Assembly: GCA_963707955.1 (NCBI GenBank)
Contig: OY970176.1
Location: 1,600,001 to 1,664,000, forward strand
Length of the DNA: 64,000 bases
Reading direction: 5' to 3'
Source: Candidatus Bathyarchaeota archaeon
GTDB taxonomy: Archaea > Thermoproteota > Bathyarchaeia > Bathyarchaeales > Bathycorpusculaceae
A program made the position numbers and the translations under genes. This document shows, piece after piece, positions 48,338 through 57,873 of this stretch; position 1 is the stretch's first letter, and every line of letters begins with the position of its first letter. The notes below the pieces were generated by a model, which saw nothing but the letters and a program-made list of their open reading frames with translations, was not told where the DNA came from and searched no databases.

Positions 48338-48931
48338 CTAGCTCATGTCTAAATCCTTCAGCGAAAGCTCTTGTTCTAGAGCTGACAGGAAAGCCATGGT
48401 TCTCGCGTGTCTTTCCTTCGCAATTCTCTTTGACGTGGGAGTGTTAAGTAGACCGTAGATGGGCTTCAATTCTTCAAAGCAGTTCTTCACAACGGTTTCA
48501 AATGGTCTCTTGCCTAACCAGTGGAATACTCTGGCAACGCCCGCCGCTCCTAACAGGTCGATTTTGTCCGCGTCCCAAACAATCTTCTCCTCCAGTGTTT
48601 CCAGCTTGTCTCTGAGAGGAAGCGCGTGATGTAACACTATCCTCGCGACTCTGTCACTCTTTTCACGAGGATAGTCTGTGCCGCTTAGAATCTCGCTTGC
48701 GAGTCTTGCTCCCGTTTCGTTGTGCGGTTCACCGACCGTTCGCCCTATATCGTGTAAGATGGCTCCTATCTGTACCAATTCGACATCTGCTTTCTCTCTC
48801 TCAGCCAGGAAAGTTGCGATTCTGAAGACGCGACCAACATGGGAGTAGGAGTGAACGGTCCCTTCCAGCGGAGCCATCTTCTCTTTAACGGTGATTATCA
48901 AGCGCTCTATCAATGGTCGCATGTCTATCAC
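48338..48931 (-). CDS. HD-domain phosphohydrolase
   Basis: HSYSHVGRV, ILHDIGR and VWDADKID. Confidence 0.88.
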   Translation of the reverse strand: MIDMRPLIERLIITVKEKMAPLEGTVHSYSHVGRVFRIATFLAEREKADVELVQIGAILHDIGRTVGEPHNETGARLASEILSGTDYPREKSDRVARIVLHHALPLRDKLETLEEKIVWDADKIDLLGAAGVARVFHWLGKRPFETVVKNCFEELKPIYGLLNTPTSKRIAKERHARTMAFLSALEQELSLKDLDMS

Positions 48932-49009
48932 GGCGATTTGTGGTGTGCTTTCTACACTAAATTTAAAAGTTAAACCTTATAAATCGTAGAGTGAGAAACC
49001 GCACACCTG

Positions 49010-49453
49010 GTGGCATGCATGAAACCTCAACCAGTGTTGAGCAATGAGCTTCGGAAACTCGTTGAATCTCGCATGAAGAGCAATCTAGAGGGGATAGAGC
49101 AAACGCTGCAACAGATATTTGGAGCACAGAAACTTGGCTTGGAAGAATTGAGGGAAACGATAAAGGGGCTTGAGGAGAGCTTTGACCTTCTGTCTCAGAA
49201 ATGGAACCTCCAGATCCTCTACATACTGTTTCTCAGAGAAACCACGGGGTTCGGCGAGCTGAAGAAGATTCTCAGGGCGAACTCTCGCACCTTATCGGAC
49301 AAACTTAAAATGCTCAACCAGAATGGATACATCAGAAGGTCAGTGGACGAGGGTCCTCCTCTGAGAGTAGGGTACTCGCTTACGACAAGAGGCCGCAATA
49401 CAGTTCTTCTCGCATTGCCTTTCCTATATTATTCTAGCAGTAACCTGACATGA
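49010..49453 (+). CDS. HxlR-family wHTH regulator
   Basis: KWNLQIL...FGELK...SRTLSDKLKML...PPLRVGYSLT. Confidence 0.85.
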   Translation: MACMKPQPVLSNELRKLVESRMKSNLEGIEQTLQQIFGAQKLGLEELRETIKGLEESFDLLSQKWNLQILYILFLRETTGFGELKKILRANSRTLSDKLKMLNQNGYIRRSVDEGPPLRVGYSLTTRGRNTVLLALPFLYYSSSNLT

Positions 49454-49463
49454 GAAACAAGTT

Positions 49464-50159
49464 CTACACAGAACTGTTTTGGAACACTTTGATAGATTCG
49501 ATTTCCCCTCCTGAAGACTGTTTGATCAGTGACAATGCTGTAGCAACAGCCTCTCTCAGCCGGTTCTGCAATATCCCTGGAGCGCCATATCCGACCATGG
49601 TCGCGTTTTTTGTCTCCAATGTTATCTTCGTCTTGTCCGAATCACGGTAAGGATAGATGCACAAGACCTGTTTTCCATCTGCCAAAACAAGCATATTTTC
49701 CTTCAAGGAAATCGGTGCTTTCATGCCAATTCCAGTGAAGGCTTCACCGTTTCTGGCAAAACGAACTTGAAACGGTGGAGCTATGCAGTCACGGTCGAAT
49801 CCACTCATTGGAACCATCGTTTTCACAGATGCCAGATTGTAAGCGTCCACGACCGTGGACACGTTTGGAAGCTCGTCACCACACAAGACTCTTCGAATTA
49901 AGGCTTCACCAGCCGGCCTTGTCTTCGTTGGGTCGATGCCAAGCTTCCAATAGAAGTCCCGGTAGTCTCTCACAGTCGAGTCATCTTTCAGGTCCGCAAT
50001 GTTATATTTGCTTCTGACCTCTTCGTACAAGATTTTCTTGAGTTGCCGGAGCTGTTCGTTCTCTTTTCGTGCAGTAACGCCGTTGATGAGTCCGATGCAG
50101 ATCGCAAGTTGCGGTAACTTTTCAGAGACTTCAGGGCTCCAGTTGACGTCTATTTGCAT
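49464..50159 (-). CDS. B3/B4 domain (tRNA editing-like) protein
   Basis: YRDFYWKLGIDPTKTRPAGEALIRRV and VVDAYNLAS. Confidence 0.85.
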   Translation of the reverse strand: MQIDVNWSPEVSEKLPQLAICIGLINGVTARKENEQLRQLKKILYEEVRSKYNIADLKDDSTVRDYRDFYWKLGIDPTKTRPAGEALIRRVLCGDELPNVSTVVDAYNLASVKTMVPMSGFDRDCIAPPFQVRFARNGEAFTGIGMKAPISLKENMLVLADGKQVLCIYPYRDSDKTKITLETKNATMVGYGAPGILQNRLREAVATALSLIKQSSGGEIESIKVFQNSSV

Positions 50160-50238
50160 TTTCGTGCACCATTCAGTTCTTATTTTGGCCTCTGCATACT
50201 TAATAGCCTCAAGCAGAATCTCAACCAAAGCCTAAAAA

Positions 50239-51132
50239 ATGATCGGTGAGCTTGCGGCGTTGGGCGCTGCTATCAGTTGGACAGTGTCAGCGTTATTCTA
50301 TGGAAAAGCGCTGCAACAGGCTAGGCCGATCTCCGCAAACATTATTCGTCTCACGTTAACAGGCTCGATTTTGCTCTTGTTCCTCGTTATTTTAGGCAAA
50401 CTTACATTTTTGACTGATTTACCTTCAGGAGTCGTTGTCATCTCAGCCGTCAGTGGCATAATTGGTCTAGGCTTAGGTGACACCTTGTATCTGGTGAGTC
50501 TGAGCCGAATAGGCGTCGCACGAGCCGTTCCGATAACCTGTGTTTATCCATTGTTTAGTCTTATATGGGCCTTTTTCCTCGAAGGTGAGCCGGTCACTTG
50601 GGCCGTTGTCCTCGGGGCCGTTGTCATAGTTGGCGGGATATGGTTTCTTGGCCAGGGCACCCATGCAGGCGAAGTTGATACAAAGAAGAAATCGTTGATC
50701 ATTGGCATGATCTTCGCCCTTCTAACTGCCATATTGTGGTCTATTAGTATTGCAATGATGGATATCGCAGTGAGAGAAACGCCGGACCTGGATCACGCTT
50801 TGGCCATCAACACGATGAGAGTGATCGCAATTGCGGCGTTTTTGTTCGCGGCTTCTCCTCTGCTCGATCGGAAACTGGGCTTTCTGAAGGTGCCGAAGAA
50901 AACCGTGATGGCCTTGGTTGCTGGGGGAATCGTCGCACTGGGTCTCGGATGGTTTTTTCTGGCGTACAGTTTCGTGCAGATTGCGCAGTCTCGGGCTGTT
51001 CCAATATCTTCAACGACCCCTCTCTTTTCGACGCTCGCCAGTGTTTTCCTGTTGCGTGAAAAAGTCACTGCCCGAACAGCTCTTGGATCGATAATGATCG
51101 TGGCTGGGATTTTCCTGGTCTTTCTGGCATAA
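50239..51132 (+). CDS. EamA/DMT-family transporter
   Basis: About 10 TM helices in two repeats; GDTLY and PLFS...LREK. Confidence 0.88.
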   Translation: MIGELAALGAAISWTVSALFYGKALQQARPISANIIRLTLTGSILLLFLVILGKLTFLTDLPSGVVVISAVSGIIGLGLGDTLYLVSLSRIGVARAVPITCVYPLFSLIWAFFLEGEPVTWAVVLGAVVIVGGIWFLGQGTHAGEVDTKKKSLIIGMIFALLTAILWSISIAMMDIAVRETPDLDHALAINTMRVIAIAAFLFAASPLLDRKLGFLKVPKKTVMALVAGGIVALGLGWFFLAYSFVQIAQSRAVPISSTTPLFSTLASVFLLREKVTARTALGSIMIVAGIFLVFLA

Positions 51133-51220
51133 AACTGTTCTTTTCTCAAACCGTGTATAGCTTTTTATAGTGCGTGCCGTTCTAAGGGGGAACTTGGCGA
51201 ATTTGCAAGGTAGAGATTGA

Positions 51221-51994
51221 ATGTCGGCGTCTCCGAGCGCTCGCGAGTCGGTTCTGGCCCGAAGAATCGCTGGCGAGATAATTCTCTCAAGTAAACCTGG
51301 AGCTACGATGCGGAAGTGGCGTGAACTTTTCGCTATTTCACAGATGAGGCTTTCAGACAAGATGGTGGTTTCATCATCAGTGATCAGCGACTACGAAAGT
51401 GGCAGGCGACCGAGCCCCGGAGCAAGGTTTGTGAGAAGATTTGTTTGGGCCTTGCTGAAAATCGATGAAGAACGTGGAAGTCGTTTCACACACGAGTTTG
51501 CCAAACTGACGAGTTCGCCGAGTAACGCCATAATAGACCTTCGCGAATTCCCACTGCCCGTGCGCGTGGAGCATCTGTGCAAAGCCATCGAGGGCAAAGT
51601 CGTGGCATGCATGGACAGATACGTTAGAGAGATTAACGGTTACACTGTTGTGGACAGCCAGAGGGCTGTTGAAACGCTTTCGGGGCTGGAGTTCTCTCAA
51701 CTCTTCGGTGTTACAACCGAGCGGGCGTTGATATTCACAAACATAGAAAATGGCATTTCTCCCATGCTCATCGTACGGGTCAGCAGTTTGAAGCCGCGTG
51801 TTGTGATTTTTCACGGCACTCAGCCGGACGAGTATTCGATACGGTTGGCGGAGTATGATGGCATCCCGCTCATATACTCCGGCCTGTCCAGTGTCGAGCG
51901 TCTGGTGAAATCTTTGAGAAAACTGTATCACATTGCTCTTCGCAGAAAGCTAGGCAGATCGGCACGTCCGCCGCCTCCGCAAGTGAGCGCATAA
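51221..51994 (+). CDS. XRE-HTH transcriptional regulator with DRTGG-like C-terminal domain
   Basis: IAGEIILS...SVISDYESGRR.SPG and ERALIFT. Confidence 0.82.
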   Translation: MSASPSARESVLARRIAGEIILSSKPGATMRKWRELFAISQMRLSDKMVVSSSVISDYESGRRPSPGARFVRRFVWALLKIDEERGSRFTHEFAKLTSSPSNAIIDLREFPLPVRVEHLCKAIEGKVVACMDRYVREINGYTVVDSQRAVETLSGLEFSQLFGVTTERALIFTNIENGISPMLIVRVSSLKPRVVIFHGTQPDEYSIRLAEYDGIPLIYSGLSSVERLVKSLRKLYHIALRRKLGRSARPPPPQVSA

Positions 51995-52026
51995 GAACCG
52001 TTTAGATTTTGACAACGTAAAATCTG

Positions 52027-52659
52027 CTAAGAAGTTGAAGGGCTGACAAGTCCCATTTTCAAAAGCTCGTCTTTTATCCGCTGGAAGTCTTCCTTCAACT
52101 GTTTCTTGTATCGCGCGCTGTATAGCGCTGCCGCAGGGTGAAACGTGGGGAAGACTGCAACCTTCAAGCCAAGAATAGATGTTTCATAAACCTTGCCTCG
52201 CGCCTGCGTTATGCTGTGGAAAGGTAACCTTGCTTTTGAGAGAATATATGCGGTTGAATGGTTGCCAAGAGTGACGATGAATCTTGGCCGGATAATGCCT
52301 ATCTGCTTGTTCAAGTAAGGTGTGCACGTTTCGATTTCATCGGGCCTGGGGTCACGATTTCTGGGGGGCCTGCACTTTACAACATTAGTGATGAAAACGT
52401 CTGTTCTTGAGAGCCCAGTTTCGGAGAGCAGAGTGTCTAAAAACTTTCCTGCTGCACCAACGAAAGGTTCGCCCTTCAAGTCTTCTGATTGACCCGGAGC
52501 CTCTCCGATGAACAGCACTCGGCTTTCAGGATTGCCAACTCCTGGGACAGCTTTTTTGCGGCCTTTCCAAAGGTCGCACTTGATGCAAACCACGACTTCT
52601 GCAGCAACAGCGTCTAGAAGATGTTTCTTAGACAAGATGAGGCCATCTCGTATCCTCAC
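52027..52659 (-). CDS. udg: Uracil-DNA glycosylase family 4
   Basis: Fe-S cysteines, FIGEAPG, PFVGAAG, NVVKCRPP and TFHPAAALY. Confidence 0.92.
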   Translation of the reverse strand: MRIRDGLILSKKHLLDAVAAEVVVCIKCDLWKGRKKAVPGVGNPESRVLFIGEAPGQSEDLKGEPFVGAAGKFLDTLLSETGLSRTDVFITNVVKCRPPRNRDPRPDEIETCTPYLNKQIGIIRPRFIVTLGNHSTAYILSKARLPFHSITQARGKVYETSILGLKVAVFPTFHPAAALYSARYKKQLKEDFQRIKDELLKMGLVSPSTS

Positions 52660-52688
52660 TGTTCCATGAATCGGTCAGAGGCCATTGG

Positions 52689-52981
52689 TCAGCATAGGTG
52701 TTTTAGGGCGTCAGCTCCTTTCATGCCTACTTCGACGCCCAGGTTTTGGCCTTAGGCGTCACTGCTTTGACCTGTCCGTTGAGCACGTCATCAAAAGTCT
52801 TCACTCCGCTCACAACTGCGGCGGCTACGCCTAGTTTTTCAGCTGATTCGACGTTCAGGAAGCCGCACATGACGAAGCCTTTTTCGGCGGTGATGAGAAG
52901 AAGCGGTGGGCTATCCGGAAGATCTGTGCGGAGGCCCAAGCAACTCTTGCCGTCAACCTTAACTGTCATGATGCTTATCAT
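52689..52981 (-). CDS. YunC/DUF1805-family protein; one base missing in the A-run at 52744-52747
   Basis: KGFVMCGFLN...AAVVSGVKTFDDVL. Adding one A gives AKNLGVEVGMKGADALKHLC*. Confidence 0.82.
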
Positions 52982-53052
52982 GGCGAACACCTTTTAACTG
53001 CACACATAACATATCCACGCTTAAATAAGAATCGCTGGAGAAACACCTGCCA

Positions 53053-53673
53053 ATGCTGACGAGGCTGAAGCAGAAGATTCAATCCATGCTGGGGACTGAA
53101 GCAAGAATCGCACATGGAATCGGCCTCACGCCCAACAGGATAACCGTTCTCGGCGCTTTCCTAGCTTTCTTATCAGCTTTTGTCTACGCAAAATGGCAGG
53201 CGAACCCCCTTCTTCTCTTGCTTGCAACCGTTCTGCTTTTGCTTTCAGGGTTCTGCGACGCCTTGGACGGCGTGGTTGCCCGGTTGTATAAACAAGCGAC
53301 AGTGTTCGGTGGTTTTCTAGATTCTCTGCTTGACAGATACGCTGACGCTGCTGTGTACGTGGGCATAGGTTTCGGAGGGCTGTGCAATCTCTATTGGGGT
53401 TTGGCGGTTGCGATAGTAGGTTCGTTGCTGGTGAGCTACAGTCGGGCCAGAGCCGAGGCTGCGGGATTGAAAATGGAATCGATCGGCCTTGCGGAAAGAG
53501 CGGAACGCGTGTTAATACTTGCCGTTGCAAGTCTAGTGGCGATTTTCTGGCAACCTACCATGGTGATGAACGCGGCGATAATACTGCTTGCGGTGCTCAC
53601 AAACCTGACGGTCTTGCAAAGAAGCCTCTACGTTTACGGCAAATCAAAGAAAAAAGCATTGAGTGAAAACTAG
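53053..53673 (+). CDS. pgsA: CDP-alcohol phosphatidyltransferase (archaetidylinositol-phosphate synthase-like)
   Basis: TPNRIT, DALDGVVAR...FGGFLDSLLDRYAD and VSYSRARAE. Confidence 0.85.
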   Translation: MLTRLKQKIQSMLGTEARIAHGIGLTPNRITVLGAFLAFLSAFVYAKWQANPLLLLLATVLLLLSGFCDALDGVVARLYKQATVFGGFLDSLLDRYADAAVYVGIGFGGLCNLYWGLAVAIVGSLLVSYSRARAEAAGLKMESIGLAERAERVLILAVASLVAIFWQPTMVMNAAIILLAVLTNLTVLQRSLYVYGKSKKKALSEN

Positions 53674-53963
53674 AATCTTCTCGGTCGCGTGCGAATCCGT
53701 CGTTCGTTCTCTGCCCTTACCTTCACGACACCACGATGCACTGCGCACGACACGCAATAGTACTTGGTCGTGGATGGCATCTCAATGTACGTGCCTTTCT
53801 GGCGTAGCTCCTTCGCCAGTTGATAATCAACGATGGAGTGTCTCCTGGTTACTTTCTTAGCCTTGTCACGGGGTACCATCGACCCGCAACTTGCACATTG
53901 AACGACACCGCTGCTGCCCTTACCGCCCTTTGACCTTCCGCGGCTCTTTCGTTTGAACGGCAA
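53670..53963 (-). CDS. rps26e: 30S ribosomal protein S26e
   Basis: KRKSRGR, VQCASCG..VPRDKA and YCVSCAVH. Confidence 0.93.
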   Translation of the reverse strand: MPFKRKSRGRSKGGKGSSGVVQCASCGSMVPRDKAKKVTRRHSIVDYQLAKELRQKGTYIEMPSTTKYYCVSCAVHRGVVKVRAENERRIRTRPRRF

Positions 53964-54166
53964 CTTTTTCTTACTCCTACACTTCCTTTAAGCAAACAAT
54001 CTGATCTGCTGCTTTATATATCTGTTCCAATTCCAATTTAAAGACGCCGAGAAATCTTTTAACGTGTACAACGCTAGAAAATGTCTCCATGCGAAGAAAC
54101 CGTGTTTTCCTGCTGTCCTCTTCAATCGTGCTTCTAGCTTTGGCCTTGACTTTTTCAAGCGCGCGC

Positions 54167-54249
54167 TGACAGGCTGCCCTGCGGTTGCAGCGTCTAATTC
54201 GAAGGTTACGGTGCATTTCATCGACGTTGGTTCGGGTGACTCAATTCTA
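54167..54249 (+). pseudogene. Fragment of a ComEC/Rec2-type metallo-beta-lactamase gene
   Basis: Reads LTGC...KVTVHFIDVGSGDSIL with no plausible start or continuation. Bounded by GCGCGCGC and GCGTGCGC. Confidence 0.7.
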
Positions 54250-54270
54250 GCGTGCGCTGGTCGAAACGAA

Positions 54271-55161
54271 TCAGATGTCCTTTCTTAACTTCAGAATTGA
54301 CGCGATGTTCGCTTTCTTGTCGATTCTCGGGACGATTTTTCCGGTGGAAGATGTGAACAGTGTTGTGACCCCTGGGCCGTGACCGGCTATGACGCAGTTT
54401 GTGTGTACTGTGATGCCGACGGAGATCGCGCCTTGTTTGTATATCCTTCCGAAGGTGTGGTCTGCGTCAATTATGGCAACGAGGTCTCCTAGTCTCAGGT
54501 CGTCGAGGCCAAACTGTTTCCTCACTTTTTCATCGAAGAGCTGAATGTCGTAGTCTCCGGAATAAGTCTGGTTGGCGCCGAGTCCTGAGCCCATGATGGC
54601 GGCTGGAACCATGTGAGTGACCGGAACCTCCAGCTTGTCACCTTTCAATCTGGGTTTCAATGCTGTCAGAAACTTGGGGTCCAAATTCATCACCGTGACG
54701 TGAGGAGCGTCTAACAGTTGGAGGCCAACTCCGAAAGCTTTGACGAGAAACTTGTCCCCGATCACAAGTTTGTCCATGACCTCGGGCTGAACATCGACTA
54801 GCACGTGTTCTATGCCGCCGTGCTTGCCCGTGACAACTCCTTTTGAACCCTTGGCTTCGCCACTTATGATCGTGGCCTCATTCCCAACGCATGAGAGCAC
54901 GTTGAAGGCGGCGTTTGCGCCTTGTCCAAAGCGCGGGTCGTTCTCTTTGTTTTCAACGCTTACTCCAGGTTCAACATGATCGGCTTGCCATCCTGAGGCC
55001 GGGTCGCCTACCCTGATGTTATAGGTGATTCCTCCGACGCCTGGCAAGACCACTGGGTTCCCTTGAGCCGTGATCCTGTAGACGTCTCTTCCGAACACGG
55101 GGCTCACTACTTCGCCGACGACCGAGATCTTCACTAACTTGTCCTCGTTGGTTCTCAACAT
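54271..55161 (-). CDS. DUF4438-family protein
   Basis: LPGVGGITYN, DHVEPGVS, GKHGGIEH, IMGSGLG, GDYDIQ and GHGPGVT. Confidence 0.8.
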   Translation of the reverse strand: MLRTNEDKLVKISVVGEVVSPVFGRDVYRITAQGNPVVLPGVGGITYNIRVGDPASGWQADHVEPGVSVENKENDPRFGQGANAAFNVLSCVGNEATIISGEAKGSKGVVTGKHGGIEHVLVDVQPEVMDKLVIGDKFLVKAFGVGLQLLDAPHVTVMNLDPKFLTALKPRLKGDKLEVPVTHMVPAAIMGSGLGANQTYSGDYDIQLFDEKVRKQFGLDDLRLGDLVAIIDADHTFGRIYKQGAISVGITVHTNCVIAGHGPGVTTLFTSSTGKIVPRIDKKANIASILKLRKDI

Positions 55162-55334
55162 TCAACATTCCACGTTAGATTATGTGGTTTGCAGGGCGGA
55201 CACTAATAAAACTTGGCCTAGTCAAAATTGTGACGTGCGAGGTGAATACGGGAAGTTTTAAATTTGGGGCTCTCTTTTGAGTTGAGTGAAGTCAAACCTT
55301 AATAGTGGCATGCATTATTTACGTGGCGAGAACC

Positions 55335-55918
55335 ATGGCTGAGATTGGACTAAGGTCTAAGATGCTGGTCAAAGACGTCATGAGCAGCCCAGCGGTTACC
55401 GTGGACGAAAATGCTCCTGCTAACAAAGTTGCGGAACTCATGGCTAAACACGAGTATGGATGCATCCTAGTGACGACCAAGCAGGCAAAGCCGATGGGAA
55501 TCATAACTGAGAGGGACCTTGTTGTAAGAGTCTTGGCTAAGAACGTCAAACCTGACACCGTTAGGGCTAAGACTTCATGACTTCTCCGCTGATGACGATC
55601 GAATCGGACGCAACGATAAACGAGGCAGCCAAGAGAATGAGCAAACTGAACATCAGACGTCTAGGAGTCACGTACAAGGGACAGCTTGTCGGAATAATAT
55701 CAAGCAAAGACGTCTTGGCCGTCATGCCTGAACTTTTGGAAACAATACAGGAGAAAGCCATGATAGAAGGTGAGAACATGGCTGAAGAAGCACAGAAGGA
55801 ATCGACACCCCTCACCGGATACTGCGACCACTGCGGAGTCTGGTCTGACAGCTTGACAGAAGTCAACGGCGAATTCCTCTGCGAGGACTGCAAGGTTGAA
55901 CTGGAAACTGAGGAGTGA
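55335..55918 (+). CDS. CBS-pair protein with C-terminal Zn ribbon; one base missing near 55570
   Basis: VKDVMS, GIITERDL, IRRL and GYCDHCG...LCEDC, joined from two ORFs. Confidence 0.82.
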
Positions 55919-56715
55919 GAGGAGATCTTTTGCGTGTCAAAGAGGTCATGGATCAAAAGCATCCGTCGATCTATGAAGACCAGCTCGCCACGAAAGCACG
56001 CGCGATAATGAGAGAGTTTAACCTGAGGATTCTTCCAGTAACCGATAAGAACAAGATGCTTCTGGGAAAAGTTTCGCGCCGCGACGTGATGACCATTTCT
56101 TCATCCGTGTCGCCGATAACCGTGAAAGGCATTATGACATCTGCAAAGCACATCGCAACGGTTGAGGATGAGGTAACTTCAACGTTTAGAGCTATGCTTC
56201 GAGTGGATGTTTGGCATGCACCCGTTGTCGCTTCAGCCGAGGACAGAACCTACAGGGGGGTCGTAGGGTTAGAAAGCTTCATTGAATCACTGATGAAAAC
56301 GAGTCCTGACCGATTTGTGAAGGACGTTTCCGAAATCATGACCACAAAGGTCGTAACATGCTCTCCAGAGGACGAGATTGACGATATCTGGCGCCTCATG
56401 ACAGAAACGCGGTTCGCAGGATTGCCGGTTATTAAGAACGGGAAGTTTGCGGGCATCGTTACGCAGAAAGACCTTCTTGAATCTGGAGCTATGCTGCCGA
56501 CCTTCGAGTCTAAGAAAGGACGCTTCCGAGACTCGCCAAAAATATCTTCTGTAATGAATACAAACGTAGTTTCTGTTGAGCCTTCAACAAAGGTGATCAG
56601 AGTTGCCAGAGTCATGGTTACGAAGAACGTTGGAAGGATACCGGTGGCGGACAAGAATGGGAAACTGCTCGGTATAGTGGATCGCGAAGACGTAGCAAGA
56701 TTAGTTGTCAGGTGA
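55915..56715 (+). CDS. Four-CBS-domain protein
   Basis: Repeated VxxxM...LPV...GIVTxxD motifs. Confidence 0.88.
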   Translation: MRGDLLRVKEVMDQKHPSIYEDQLATKARAIMREFNLRILPVTDKNKMLLGKVSRRDVMTISSSVSPITVKGIMTSAKHIATVEDEVTSTFRAMLRVDVWHAPVVASAEDRTYRGVVGLESFIESLMKTSPDRFVKDVSEIMTTKVVTCSPEDEIDDIWRLMTETRFAGLPVIKNGKFAGIVTQKDLLESGAMLPTFESKKGRFRDSPKISSVMNTNVVSVEPSTKVIRVARVMVTKNVGRIPVADKNGKLLGIVDREDVARLVVR

Positions 56716-56727
56716 GCGTGAGCACAA

Positions 56728-57636
56728 TTGAGCGGAGAAGGCTTCAGAAGAAGGCTGCGGGGAACAGGCCCCCTAGACTTGAAGACTCATCCTTCCAAGA
56801 ACCGTGAAGGCGAAATACTTACAGTTGCAAAAAGCCCCGTTGTAATGGTGGCTCCAACTACGCCTATTTATGACGCGGTTCAAAAAATGGCGAAGGAAGG
56901 ATTTCGCCGGCTACCCATAGCTAATCCTGGAACCAAATACTTGGAGGGAATCGTCACAGCCACGGACATAGTCAACTACCTCGGCGGCGGGCAAAAATTT
57001 GAGATAATCCAGCATAAGTACGGTGGAAACTTCTTCAAGGCCATAAACGAGCAGATCCGGCTCATAATGACTCAGAAAGTCATTTCGATCACGACTGAAG
57101 CAAAAATAGGTGAAGCAATCGAGAAGATGAAAGAATCAAACCTCGGCGGCTTGCCCGTAGTGGATGAAAAAAACAGCGTAAAAGCCATAGTGACCGAGCG
57201 TGACATCGCAGTTCTCTTCGCCGACCGAACGAGCGGCGTAACCGTTGCCCAACTCATGTCAGAGAACGTGGTCACGGCCTTGCCCCAAACGACGATATTT
57301 GAGGCTGAAAAAACCATGGTGACGCACGGATTCAGAAGATTGCCGATAATCTCTGACAGCAAGCTCATCGGCATAGTGACGGCCATGGACATCATCCGCT
57401 TCTTCGGCTGCGGAGAAGTCTTCAGCCACTTGCGATCCGGAACAATAATCCAAGTTTTAAACACGTCTGCGCTTGAGATAGCGACAAAAAACGTTTCAAC
57501 CGTAGAACCGGAAACCGACGTGGGTCAAGCTGCAAAGATCATGAGGGAGAAAGACATAGGAGCCGTTCCCGTTGTCAAGAACGGAGTGCTCGTAGGCATA
57601 TTCACAGAAAGGGACTTCTTCAAGATAATCGAGTAG
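56728..57636 (+). CDS. Four-CBS-domain protein
   Basis: GFRRLPI twice, GIVTATDI and GIFTERD. Confidence 0.88.
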   Translation: MSGEGFRRRLRGTGPLDLKTHPSKNREGEILTVAKSPVVMVAPTTPIYDAVQKMAKEGFRRLPIANPGTKYLEGIVTATDIVNYLGGGQKFEIIQHKYGGNFFKAINEQIRLIMTQKVISITTEAKIGEAIEKMKESNLGGLPVVDEKNSVKAIVTERDIAVLFADRTSGVTVAQLMSENVVTALPQTTIFEAEKTMVTHGFRRLPIISDSKLIGIVTAMDIIRFFGCGEVFSHLRSGTIIQVLNTSALEIATKNVSTVEPETDVGQAAKIMREKDIGAVPVVKNGVLVGIFTERDFFKIIE

Positions 57637-57873
57637 CATCGAGTAGCCCTCGCTGTTGAGCTGTAGCCCTCTGTCATTCTTTTTCACTACTAAATGGAAA
57701 ATTCGGCCTCCACTGCACTCTTTCGCCATTTTGAATCCAGATTTTCACTGGCCATCCACAATCAATAGGCCGTCTGAAAAGTCTGAAAGAATATCACAAT
57801 TTCTCATGGAAACGACAAATGCCTAAATAAGATCATCAGTAATGCAAGCTAAGTATCAGGAGAAACAGGTAAC

